Assembly (NCBI GenBank): GCA_043228905.1
Contig: JBHGNT010000005.1
Span: 13,888,001-13,952,000, forward strand
From: Azolla caroliniana
Taxonomy: Eukaryota > Plantae > Polypodiophyta
Reading direction: 5' to 3'
DNA: 64,000 bases
Shown here: positions 24,083 to 35,952 of the stretch, in pieces
How the letters are laid out: each line of letters opens with the position of its first letter
Numbering within the stretch: the first letter of the stretch is position 1
Made by a program: the position numbers and the translations under genes
Notes under the pieces: model-generated
Seen by the model: the letters and a program-made list of their open reading frames with translations, nothing else
Database searches by the model: none
What the model was told of the DNA's origin: nothing

Positions 24083-24303
24083 ACGGGCTTTATACCTGGG
24101 CTCATTGTCGACTTCTCCAATCTTCACCTTGTAGACCCATTTATTCCTGAGTGCTCTCTTACCTTTCGGTAGCTCTACTAGGTCATAGGTGTAATTCGCG
24201 TGCAAGGATTCCATCTCCTCTTGCATCGCGTTCAACCATTTTTCTTTGCTCTCGTCGGCAATGGCTTCTTCATAGCACTCCGGTTCACCGTCATCAGTCA
24301 AGA
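24083..24303 (-). repeat. Inverted duplicate of copia C1 5351-5571
   Basis: Encodes TDDGEPECYEEA...RYKAR on the minus strand, contiguous with the G2 LTR as at 5571/5572. Confidence 0.92.
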
Positions 24304-25225
24304 CACAAGGAAGATTGGAAGCTTGAAGAAAGCTCTCGGCAAATCATTTTCCATGAAAGACCTTGGACCGGTAAAGCAAATCCTAGGAATGCACATAACC
24401 CGAGACAGAGCTTGGAAGGTGTTATGGTTGTCACAAAAGAAGTATGTGACGAAGATCCTAGAGAGGTTCAACATGTCGAATGCAAAACCGGTCGACTCCG
24501 TGTTGCCGAAAAACTGCAGATTAAATGCGAAGCACTGTCCGAAAGGGTAGAAGGAAAAGGCTGAGATGAAGAAGGTACCATATGCCTTAGCCGTCAGTAC
24601 TCTAATGTATGCTATGGTCAGTACGAGACCGGACATAGCATTTGTTGTGGGTGCAGTAAGCCGATATATGAGTAATCCGGGGAGAGAACACTGGGTAGTG
24701 GTGAAATGGATACTCAAGTACTTAAAGGGCACCTCGGAGGTGTGCCTAAGGTATGGTGTCGGAAAACCTGTGCTAGAAGGTTTTACCGATTCAGACATGT
24801 CAGGAGATGTCGACTCAAGCTTATCCATGTCAGGGTACGTGATAACCTATGCAGGGGGAGAGTAGTGTTGTGGCAGTCATGACTACAGAAGTCTACACCC
24901 TTGTGGACTACAGAGGCAGAGTATATGGCAGCGGTAGAAGCCGGAAAAGAGCTTATCTAGATGAGAAATTTTCTCACCGAACTAGGCATGAAGCAAAAGG
25001 AGTTCGTGCTTCACTATGACAGCCAAGAACGTGGCATACCACTCCTGGACCAAGCACATATAGAGAAGGTATCATTGGTTGCGAGAGAGAGTCGAAGATG
25101 GAGAGTTTTCTCTTGTGAAGATCTAGACTGACGACAATGGATCCGACATGCTAACGAAGAACCTACCTATGGACAGACTCAGAATCTGTCGACAAAATAC
25201 AGGACTAACAGATTTCCTCCCACAT
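24304..25225 (+). pseudogene. copia C1 RT C-terminus and RNaseH (disrupted)
   Basis: FSMKDLG, PYALAV..TRPDIA, GFTDSD motifs; stops. Confidence 0.88.
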
Positions 25226-25241
25226 GAGTGAAGGGGGAGTT

Positions 25242-25810
25242 TGTTGGGAATATGTCCCTCCAATGGGAGGATGATCCGACTGTTCGGAAAGCCAACACTC
25301 GAAGAGTCGGAAAATAGGAGCCGATTCAGAAACCGGAATCGTGTAAATAGCCCACTCGGGAGACTATATTTGTAAATAGTCTTAGTGAGCGCCCCATGAG
25401 GGCTACGTATGTAAATAACCAGAAAGTTGCGTAAGTATATATGCAACTAGGGAAAACATGTTGTGTAGAGATATAGGAACAAAAGTGGTCGAAAACTTTG
25501 TGTAGAAGTTGTAGTGTGCAAGAGAGTGAGAGAGAGAGAAGTGTGAGTCGTGCTATAGTTGTGTGAGTAACAGTAGACGCGAAGAGCCCTATGTGGCTGA
25601 TACACTCGACAAAGTGTTGTATTCATCTCTGTATTGTATATCCACTTCGTATAGTGAAGAAATTCTTTTCACTTGTGGTTTTCGCCGTTTTAGGGTTTCC
25701 ACGTAAATCTCTGTGTATAATCATTTATCTTGTCTTCCTCGCATTTTGGTGTGATTCGTATTTCAGCTTCGTCTGATTATTGTGATTAATTCCGCAACAA
25801 TTTTTCGGCA
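25242..25810 (+). repeat. 3' LTR of copia C1
   Basis: TG...CA, preceded by PPT, followed by TSD CATTT. Confidence 0.9.
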
Positions 25811-26433
25811 CATTTTTTGGAGGGTTCGTATCAACAAATCATTTTCTATAATGATCATAAAAATCTAATGTACTTCCAAAATGCTAGAGTCTTGAGTCAT
25901 CGACAAGCTTGTTGGGCGCCGTTCTTAACTCGTTTTGATTTCATAATTCTATATCACCCTGGGATGCAACAAGGAAAAGCAAATGCTTTATCTCGGCATT
26001 CGTATATAGAACTTCAACAAGTAGAGGTCGTATTTGAAAGTAAGAAGCAAATCCTCTTGGGTCCTGACCGTCTACAACTAATGGCATTTCATGCTATAGA
26101 CACACCCGGGGATTCAAGTCTTTTGGACTCCATTCGGGAGCATATTGAGATGGATCGTGCTTCTTGTTCACAATCTCAAAATCCTCGTCAAGACTACAAC
26201 CAGTTCAATTGGCATGATGGTTTACTTTTTCGACAAAATCGCTTATATGTGCATGAGGGTCCTTCTCGACTCCAAGTCTTGCAACAATGTCATGACACAC
26301 CAATGGCTGGACATTTCGGCATCCACAAGACTTTGGCATTAATTTCTCAAAGGTATTGGTGGCCATGACTTCGCCATTTTGTTACGGATTATGTTCATAG
26401 TTGTGATATATGTTGCCGATCCAAAAAACCTCA

Positions 26434-27445
26434 ACATCATCCATATGGCTTATTACAGCCAATGCCTATTCCTGAGAGTCAATGGAAATCTATTTCATTG
26501 GACTTCATTATGGATCTACCACCTTCCAAGAGTTTTGATTCTATTCTCACGGTAGTAGATCGTTTTACTAAGATGGCACATTTTCTTCCCTGCACAAAGA
26601 CCATTACGAGCCAAGAGACAACCGAGTTACTCATGCGAGAGGTGTTTTGGCATCATGGTCTTGCTGATGATATTATAAGTGATCGGGGTCCCCAATTCAT
26701 CTCAAAATTTTGGCGGCACATGTTCAAACTCTTACATACTTCGTGCAAACTCTCTTCCGACTACCATCTAGAAACTAACCGACAGAGTGAGCGCACAAAC
26801 CAAACAGTAGAACAATATCTTCGTTGTTTTGTGAACTATCAACAAGATGATTGGGTTGATCTATTACATTTGGCGGATTTTGCTTACAACAACTCAGACC
26901 ATTCTTCTACTGGATATTCCCCATTTTTTGCAAACCTCGACATCATCCATATATGGCTTATATAACCAATGCTTATTCCTAAGAGCCCATGGAAATCTAT
27001 TTCATTGGACTTCATTACGGATCTACCACCTTCCACGGGTTTTGATTCTATTCTCATGATAGTAGATCGTTTTACGAAGATGGCGCATTTTCTTCCATGC
27101 AGGAAAGCTATTACTAGCCAAGAGACAGCCAATTTACTCATGTGGGAGGTGTTTCGACATCATGGTCTTCCATATGATATTATCAATGATCGGGGTGCCC
27201 AGTTCTATCTCAAAATTTTGGTGGCACATGGTCAAACTCTTACATACTTCGTGCAAACTCTCTTCCGACTACCATCTAGAAACTAACCAACAGAGTGAGC
27301 GCACAAACCAAACAGTAGAACAATATCTTCGTTGTTTTGCGAACTATCAACAAGATGATTGGGTTGATTTATTACATTTGGCGGATTTTGCTTACAACAA
27401 CTCAGAACATTCTTCTACTGGATATTCCCCATTTTTTGCAAACAT
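26434..27445 (+). repeat. ~507-bp tandem duplication of the G1 integrase core
   Basis: CATCATCCATAT..GGCTTA and WKSISLDF...GYSPFFAN both occur twice (from 26434 and 26941). Confidence 0.85.
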
Positions 27446-27929
27446 TGGGTAACATCCTCATTGGACTATGCTTGAACATCCCGAACTCCCGACAAACCTG
27501 GCTGCTGAAGATCGGCTCACCCGACTCCAAGAAGTTCAAGATATCCTTTTGCGCCATTTATGTGATGCTGAAAACACTCAAAAGAATTTTGCTAACCGTC
27601 ATCGACGTGATTCATCAACTACGTTTCAAGTGGGAGATCGAGTATGGCTTTTACAAGGTCGCATTAAAATGACGTCTCGACTTACGCGAGATTTTTGAGT
27701 TGAGGGGTTGTAGCACTTGTACCCCTTTTGCTCCAGTGAGTATCCAACGAGGATACATTTCTCCGACTTCGGGTCGAGCTTTTGACGCTTCTCATCGGGG
27801 ATGTGCACGTACGCAATGGAGCCGAATATCCGAACATGCGATAGGTCCGGCTTCTTACCGAAGAACTTCTCGTGCGGAGTAAGTTCGTGCACACCCGATG
27901 TCGTACACTGATTCATGAGATAGACAGCC

Positions 27930-30900
27930 TGTTGGAGACGAGGTCGTCAATGCGGAAGATCAAGAAGCATTCGATTCTGTCTGAATACCTGCGTATGACA
28001 GTTTCTGAGATAGTGCACAGAGAGAGAGAGAGAGAGAGAGAGACACAAAAGAAACTTCTTATTTCATAAAGCAATAATACAACATCCAACCTCACAAAGA
28101 GGTTACAAGGTCACTATATATATAGTGACCGACTTAGGGCAACTACCCTTTATGCTAATTACATAAATGGCCAAAACGGGATAGTGTGAATACGTCCATT
28201 ATACACATGTATTCGACACTCCCCCGTAATGGGTGTATACATGGGTTATCTAAGATTACAGGTATAGACTTAGGTTCTCGGACATATCAGCTTTGTTCGA
28301 GTCGGCAGGGTCCGAAGGCAGAAGACCGAACTGGTCGGGTCGGAACAGTTGAAGCCGATCATTAAGGAACTGATGTCGGTTGTCGGGAACCATCCTGCTC
28401 TGTGTCCGGCTCTAACCGGACTGGTTTGTCGTTACGCCCATCTGATGCCGAAGAGACCGAAAACGGTCTGCCGAGAGACACTTGGTCATTCCATCTGCGA
28501 CATTGTCGGTTGTGGATATTTTCTCTAGACCGATTTTCCCTGAAATGACGCAGTCCCGAACGAAGTGATATCGAACGTCGATATGTTTGGAGGCGTTGTG
28601 GTGAACCGGATTTTTCGACAAGGCAACAGCACCTTGACTGTCGTTGTAGACAACTGGAGCCGAGTCATGGTCGACTTGTCGAAACGTGTGCGCCAGCCGA
28701 CCGAGCCACAAAGCTTCTTTTGCTGCGTCGGACGCAGCTACATATTCTGCTTCGGTCGTTGAGGTCGCTGTGCACTCCGGAAGTTTCGACTTCCACGAGA
28801 TTGCTCCATTGCCGAATTTGAAGCAGTATCCGGTTGTTGATTTCCGACTGTCTATACAGCCGGCGAAGTCCGAGTCGGTGTAACCGACTGCGCCTGAGGT
28901 TCGGTTCGGACCGAAAAGAATGCCATGGTCTTTTGTGCCAGCCAGATATCTGAACACATGCTTGACTGCGTTCCAATGCGATCGGCCAGGGTTGTGCATA
29001 AATCTGCTAACGACTCCTACGGCATGAGAAATATCAGGCCGTGTCGCGACCATCAGGTACATAAGGGAGCCGACTGCCGGTGCATACGGTACCGACTTCA
29101 TATCTTCCCCCTCCGGACCGGATGTCGGGCAGTCTCGCTGAGAGAGCCGAAGATTCATGGGGAGCGGGGTTGAAGCAGATTTGGCTGATTGCATGTTGAA
29201 GCGTTCCAAGACACGTCGGATATAGTCGGTCTGAGACAAAAAGAGATGTCGTTTATCGCGATGCCGACTAATCTTCATGCCGAGTATGTGTCGTGCCGGA
29301 CCGAGGTCCTTCATTGCAAACTTCAACCGCAGTTGCCGAACGAGATCGGCAAGTTCGCCCGCGTGGCGTCCAGAAATTAGCATGTCGTCCACGTAAATGA
29401 TGAGGAAGATGGGTGATCCATCTTGAGCTGTGTTGGTGAAGAGACAATGGTCCTCATCGCTTTTTGAGAAGCCGATCGATCTGATGAAGTCGTCGAACTT
29501 CTTGTACCATTGTCGCGGTGCCTGTTTGAGGCCGTATAGACTCTTCCTGAGTCGGCAGACTAGATGTTCTTGGCCAGTTGCCACGAAGCCTTTTGGCTGC
29601 TCCATATAAATTTCCTCCTCGAGATCACCATGGAGGAAGGCTGTTTTGACATCTAGCTGAATCAGCTCCAAGTTGTCGGCTGCCACGACGCCGAGCAGAA
29701 AGCGAAGGGTTGTCATTTTCACCACTGGTGAGAAAATCTCGTCGAAGTCGACGCCATATTCTTGTCGGAAGCCCTTCGCAACTAATCTGGCCTTGTACTT
29801 TGGGATGGTCGAATCAGACGTCTCTTTTAGTCGATAAACCCACTTGCAAGGAAGAGCACGTCGGTTCCTAGGTAATTCGACCAGATCCCAAGTCTTGTTT
29901 GCCCGGATGGAGTGCATTTCCGACTCCATCGCCAGATGCCAGGTGGCAGAATCGACCGATGTCGATGCTTCTTCGTAAGACGTCGGTTCTCCGGCGTCGG
30001 TGAAGAAAATTCCAGGAGAATACCTCTCCGGAGGTTGCGACAGTCTCTCGGATCGTCGAGGTATGATTGGACTGGTCGCATCGGGTATCGAGGTCGGATG
30101 GTCCGAAAGCGGATTGTTCTGCTGTGCCGAGTCAGGGTTGTCCGAGTCGGTAGGGTAAGGTGTAGCTACCCGTGAAGCTGACCGTGTGTTAAGAGCGGGG
30201 CCTTCTTGAAGGGTCGGCACATCGGAAAATGTTACCCTTCGGACTTCGATCGGTTTTTCGACTGATGGATTCATAGCCGACTCGTTGAACACAACGTCCG
30301 AACTTCGAACGATTTGTCTGCGTTCGGGGTCCCAGAGTCGGTATCCCATTTCGCCGTCTGATCCATATCCAAGGAAAATGCATTTCCTGGACCGAGGTGC
30401 AAGTTTTCGGCGATCATCTTTCGGAATAAGGGCGTACGCCTCGCATCCGAAGATCCTCAGCTTGTCGTAATTCGGCTTACTGCCGATCCATAGTTCCTGA
30501 GGAATTTGAAGTCCTAGAGGTCTACTTGGCGACATGTTGATTATGTGTACTGCCGTGAGTAGAGCCTCTGCCCAGAAGCCATCCGACAGTCCGGAGTGTT
30601 GGAGCATGGAAACTATCCGTTCTTGGATTGTCCGATTCATGCGTTCGGCAATCCCGTTTTGCTCCGGACTGTGTGGTGCCGTAAATTCACGTCTGATGCC
30701 GCGTTGTCGGCAGAATTTGACGAATTCTTCGGATTTGAACTCTCCCCCATTGTCGGTCCGAAAGCATTTCAGTTTTCGGCCGGTTTGATTTTCTACCATA
30801 GCGAGCCAATCTGAGAAGATCGAGAAGACCCGATCTTTGGTGCGAATTGGATAAGCCCACACCTTTCGAGTCGAATCGTCAATAAAAGTGACGAAGTAAG

Positions 30901-33161
30901 AGGCACCGCCAAGAGACTGATGCGGTATTGGGCCGCAGACGTCCGAGTGGACTAAATCGAGAGGTCTCGTTTCTCTTGGTGCTAATGTCGGGTGTGATGC
31001 GGCTACTTGTTTGCCATACTGGCAATGCTCGCAGAATTGATGGTCCGAGAAGGAGAGTTTGGGGATGTATCCGGCTCTAGATAGGTGCGTGATGCCGGCC
31101 TTGCTGAGGTGTCCTAATCTTCTGTGCCATAGTGATGACACAGGAATATCCACCAAAAACAGGTTACCCTCTCTGAGCGTAACATGTAACGGATACAGGG
31201 AGTGTATCTTGGGTCCTCTAGCAAGCAGGAGGTTCCCCCTGTGGAGTGTCCACCCTCCCGAAGAAAAACCGGCACGAATGCCGTCTTCATCTAGTTGTCC
31301 GACTGAGATCAATGGCCTTGTGAGCTCGGGTACATGTCGGACATTGTGGAGTACAAGTGTAGAGCCACCTGCAAGGTTGAGCTCTACTGTGCCGATTCCG
31401 ATGATGTCACAGTGTTGTGAGTTGCCGACTCGAACTAAGTCGGAGTGACGGATCGTATATTGCCGAAATTGGGATCGATGAGGAGTCACGTGAAATGACG
31501 CGCCCGAATCTAAGAGCCATGTGCTCGATTCTTCAGTCGTGAGTAGAACTTCTGATCCGACTGGATTTTCGATTGATAGTATATTCGGGTCGTCCGGTAG
31601 TACATCAGCTGAGAAGCTGACGTAATTGATCTCCTCATGCCGGCCACTCTTCTTGTTGTTCTTGTTCTTGAGTGCGCGGCAGTCGGCTTTGATGTGTCCG
31701 GGTTTCTTGCAATAGTTGCAGATTCGGTTATCCCGTGACTGGCTCCGTCTTCGCTGATTGTTCGGCGGCCGTGAGGAATCTCTTCCTCGTATGTTCGATC
31801 GGTCTGTCGAACCTTGTACTACATAAGCGTCGTCTGTTGAGTCTTTGGCGAAAGACTTTCTCCGAGCTGCTTCGGTCAGGATTGCGCTCGTGACTTCGGA
31901 GTACTTAACAGCCGTGGTTGACGCGTTGCACACGGTTGTGACGAAAGTTTCCCATGATGAGGGAAGGCTACTCATGAGTATCATTGCTCTGAGTTCATCC
32001 TCAATTGCCGTCCCCTGTGACGAGATTAGGAGCTTATACTTTCGTACTCATTGAGATGTGCTTGGACCGAATCGGATTCTTTCATCCGCAAGTTGTAGAG
32101 GCGCCGGATCAGAAACATCTTTGTTGCGGCGACCTTCTTTTCGTAAGTGTCCGACAGTGTTTTCCACAGTTCGAATGCTGTCGTACACGATTGCACCGTA
32201 AAATATACCGATTCCGATAGGTGCATCCGAATCGTGGCACGGACGATTCTGTCCAGCTTCTGCCACTCAATCGGTTTGTATCCTTCTGGAGGTTCTTCAT
32301 TTTCGATGGGATCGATTTGCCCCTTGACTATGAGATAGTCCTGCATCTGCTCCTTCCAGAAGTTGAAGTTCGATCCATCGAACTTTCGTAGACTCATTTC
32401 TGACGAGCCGGATGTTGATGCCATCAAATTCGGTTTCGGTTGACGAAGCTCGGTTCGGAGTCGACTACGAACCTTGTTGGAGTGCAGCCGGTTGGCTCAC
32501 CCGATATCGTTCTAGTCGGATTTGAACCCGAGTAGGTTCGGCTTCGGAACTTGCTCGAGTTGACTTCGGTAGCTGAAGGGACAGAACCGACTGGTCTTCC
32601 CGAATGTTACCGAGTCGGAGTGAGTCCGGTTCGCTTCGGATATATATGCCGAATACCGATTATTAAAACCGATTATCTGGACCGATTCTGCTTCGGGTGG
32701 CTGCAGCGACGAGAGGGATGGATCCAACTGATCCTTTCGAATGTCGATCAGCCGGATGAAGCACGAATTGGGGTTGTTGTCTTGAGACCGATCTGCACCG
32801 AGTGGTTACAACGAGCGGCGATTGATGACCTCTTCGGATGCCGTTTAACCGAGTGGAGCACGATCGTGTCAATGTTGCACAAGGGGATTTCACCTCGAGC
32901 GGTTACGATCTCGGAGGACAGAGTACAACCTACTGGCTTCCTCCAAGCAAAGATGATCTAACGCAATGAGATGCAAACCTGGTTTTTGTTCTTCTTCTCT
33001 CTTTCTTCGAATGACGCGAATACTGTGCAGGCCGCGGTGAAGTGAAGAACCGAATGCTGTGCAGGCGGTGATGACGGCCGAACCTCGAGGTCGTCAATGC
33101 GGAAGATCAAGAAGCATTCGATTCTGTCTGAATACCTGCGTATGACAGTTTCTGAGATAGT

Positions 33162-33192
<31 letters not shown>

Positions 33193-33367
33193 CACAAAAG
33201 AAACTTCTTATTTCATAAAGCAATAATACAACATCCAACCTCACAAAGAGGTTACAAGGTCACTATATATATAGTGACCGACTTAGGGCAACTACCCTTT
33301 ATGCTAATTACATAAATGGCCAAAACGGGATAGTGTGAATACGTCCATTATACACATGTATTCGACA
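27930..33367 (-). mobile_element. Young Ty1/copia C3, near-intact
   Basis: TSD CAGCC (27925-27929 / 33368-33372); 3' LTR 28218-27930; 5' LTR 33367-33086; PPT at ~28219-28230; LTRs appear to differ only in (AG)n length and the U5 tip. Confidence 0.94.
28412..32427 (-). CDS. C3 Gag-Pol polyprotein with one frameshift/stop at ~32026
   Basis: ORF 32427-32026 (gag N-term) plus 1190-aa ORF 31984-28412 with CCHC, LDSGAS, integrase, YVDD RT and RNaseH in copia order. Confidence 0.92.
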
Positions 33368-35952
33368 CAGCCGTGTTAGTTGCTTTCGCCCAATACGATT
33401 TCGGCATGTGCTTTTCGTTAAGCATAGCCCGTGCCACTTCGAGGATGTGCCGATTCTTGCGTTCGGCCACTTTGTTTTGTTGCGGAGTGTGTCAGCAAGT
33501 GAAGTCTCGCCGAATTCCTTCCTTTCGGAGATACGCTGAAAATTAGTCGGAGAAGTACTCCTTGCCTCCATCCGACCCAAGACATCATACATGTCGGCCT
33601 GTGGCTTTCTCGACTTCATTCTTGAATTTTTGGAAGTGTCCGAACACTACGCTCTTTTGCCGCATTGGGTAGATCCAAGTGTGTCTAGAGAAGTTGTCGG
33701 TGAAGGTCACGTAGTATCGGCTTCTGCTGAATGTTGTTATCTGAGCCGGACCCCATACATCGGAATGAATTACGTCGAGTATGCCTTTGCTCACATTCCG
33801 CTCCTTCGGAAATGGGTGCTGATGTTGCTTGCGGAATTGGCAAGCAGCACACACGCCTTCAATCTCGTTCTCCGTGAGTGTCGGGAGCCCGATGACGACT
33901 CCTTCCGATTGCATTGCCTTGAGCTTTTGGAGATTTATATGGCCAATCCGCTTGTGCCATAACTCTATGTTGGAATCGGCTTTCATGCCCTTCACGAACA
34001 TGGCCGATTTCATCTCGTGTGAGTTGAGAATGAACATTCAGCCCTCTCTTTGTCCGCGAGCGATGAATCGGCGCTCTTTTTCGATGAAGCAACTGCCTTG
34101 ATTAAATCATACTTGCATTCCTTGCTCAACAATTTGGCAGACGGAGACCAAATTCTTTGTGATAGTTGGTACATGCAAGACATTTTTAATATAAGTTTGC
34201 TTACCTTCTTCTCCGTACAGAGCATTGCCGATGTGCCGAATCGGGTGTGGTTTCGACATAGTCGGGTCAGTCCGGCTCTCGAAGTTCTCGGAACCATTGT
34301 TGATGCGACGTCATATGGTTCGAGGCACCGGAATCGACAAACCATACGTCTTCCGGACCGGAGGCACTAGTAGAAGTAGAGGCCGACATAGAATTCGCTC
34401 TATGTCTTATCACGAACATTCCGCCGCGATCATCATAATCGGAGTTGATGGCATAGTTGGTGAGTTGTCGGCTAGTGGAAGCTGACTCGTGTATCTCCTT
34501 ATGGAATTCTTCTTCGTGGTGACCGATTTTTCCGCAATATCCGCATTCGACCGAGCTTTGACGGTTCGGACTAGAATGGAACCCCCCCCTTCTTCCAAAG
34601 GTTCCTCGATGGCTTCCATCTTGATGCCGAAATTGCGAGTTGTTTTCGTAAATCGGACCTTGTCCGCTCTTCCGCCACGTCCTTGGCTGAATCGGCCTCT
34701 TCTTCACAACCGCGTCCTCTTTGTCCGTCCGAGGCATTGTTCTTTGTTCGAACATGATTCTCTTCAACCAACAACATGGATTGAAGATCGAAGAAGGAGG
34801 GTGGATTCTCCCGTGCTAGTACGGTGGTCCGCATCGCGCTGAATCGTGGTGCAAGGCCGCCAAGGCATATTTGCACCATCTCATCATCGTCCACATTGAC
34901 GCTTATCGAGTTGAGCGAGTCGCAAAGCTCCTTGATCTTCAAGGTGTAGCTTGTAATGGACATATCCCGTTGTTAAATGTTATTCAACTCTTGACGGAGT
35001 TGAAGCTTTCTCGCAGTCGTGTTGGCGGCGAAAATCTTTCGTAGATTCTCCCACGCTTCCTTGGGCGTCTCGGCTTCTCGAATGTAGCCGAGCATGTGGT
35101 CATGAACACATGTCGCCAAGCAATACATCACTCGGCTTGCCGCTTGCTCCCACGTTGCATAGTCGGCATCTTCCGGCTTGGGTCGGTTTTCATGTACTCC
35201 CTTGATGTAACCCCAATAGCCTTGGCCGACAAGGTATTGGTGCATCTTGTACTCCCAAGATGCGAAGTTGTTTCGGTCCAACTTCTCGCTAGGGAGAGCG
35301 CTCCCCATTTGAGTATTCATTGTCGATTAAGCTTCCTTTCTTCTTTTCCTTCTCTCTCGAACACGAGCTATGTAGTGGTACTACGATAGCGATGAGCCGG
35401 TTCTTCTTGAACGTCGGCGTAGAGCAGAACACACGATCACAATGAGGCGAGTGGGCTAGGTTGAGCTACCAAATCGCTCTGATACCATGTAAAGAATCAA
35501 TGGTGATTCTGGTGTAGCGGAATAGATGTGTGTTATGTGCACATATGTGTGAGAGAAGAAGAGTGGAGAGAAAAGAGAACTCAAGATAGATAAATGATAG
35601 GAAAATAGAATACTCAAGAGGAAGGCGTATATTTCACAAGTAGAATGAGATTTACAAAATGTAGCATAACAAGGAGTCACAACCAACTTAGTATGAAGTA
35701 TGAGGAGGGTGCTTTATATAGAGTCACCCTCTCTCTTCATTAACTTTACAACAACCACTCTCTCTCTTGGGGAATGTGAAGCCTCATAGTCATCGGGAAT
35801 ATGTAACTCATTAGTTATGTGTCATAGAATATGATTCTATGACACATAGTTAATGTGTAGAGAGTAGTGGTGTGACTCTTGACTTTTGAGTAATCATGGA
35901 TTCTCAAAAGGCGTGTTCACACGTTGTGCTATGTTGATCTTGATTCTCAACA

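Larger units (their letters stand above)
2249..25810 (+). mobile_element. Ty1/copia LTR retrotransposon C1 (Tork/Tnt1-like), degenerate and interrupted by G2
   Basis: 5' LTR 2249-2837, 3' LTR 25242-25810, TSD CATTT (2244-2248 / 25811-25815), PBS-Met TGGTATCAGAGC 2841-2852, PPT 25226-25239; gag-PR-IN 2866-5571 and RT-RH 24304-25225. Confidence 0.92.
1992..27671 (+). mobile_element. Degenerate Ty3/gypsy pol (G1, chromovirus/Tcn1-like): RT-RNaseH 1992-2248, resuming at 25816 through integrase to ~27671; split by copia C1
   Basis: [36 protein letters not shown]|FLEG..DHKNL; HDTPMAGHFG zinc-binding region; SLDFI/VVDRFTKMAHF/SDRGPQF integrase core; many stops. Confidence 0.85.
27672..35952 (-). 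mobile_element. Ty1/copia C2, 3'-truncated after integrase and interrupted by C3
   Basis: 5' LTR 35952-35488 (TGTTGAGAATCA...TGATTCTTTACA), PBS-Met 35487-35476, gag from 35320, WFVDSGASNH protease, WHKRIGH, IHSDVWGP; integrase resumes 27929-27672. Confidence 0.88.
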
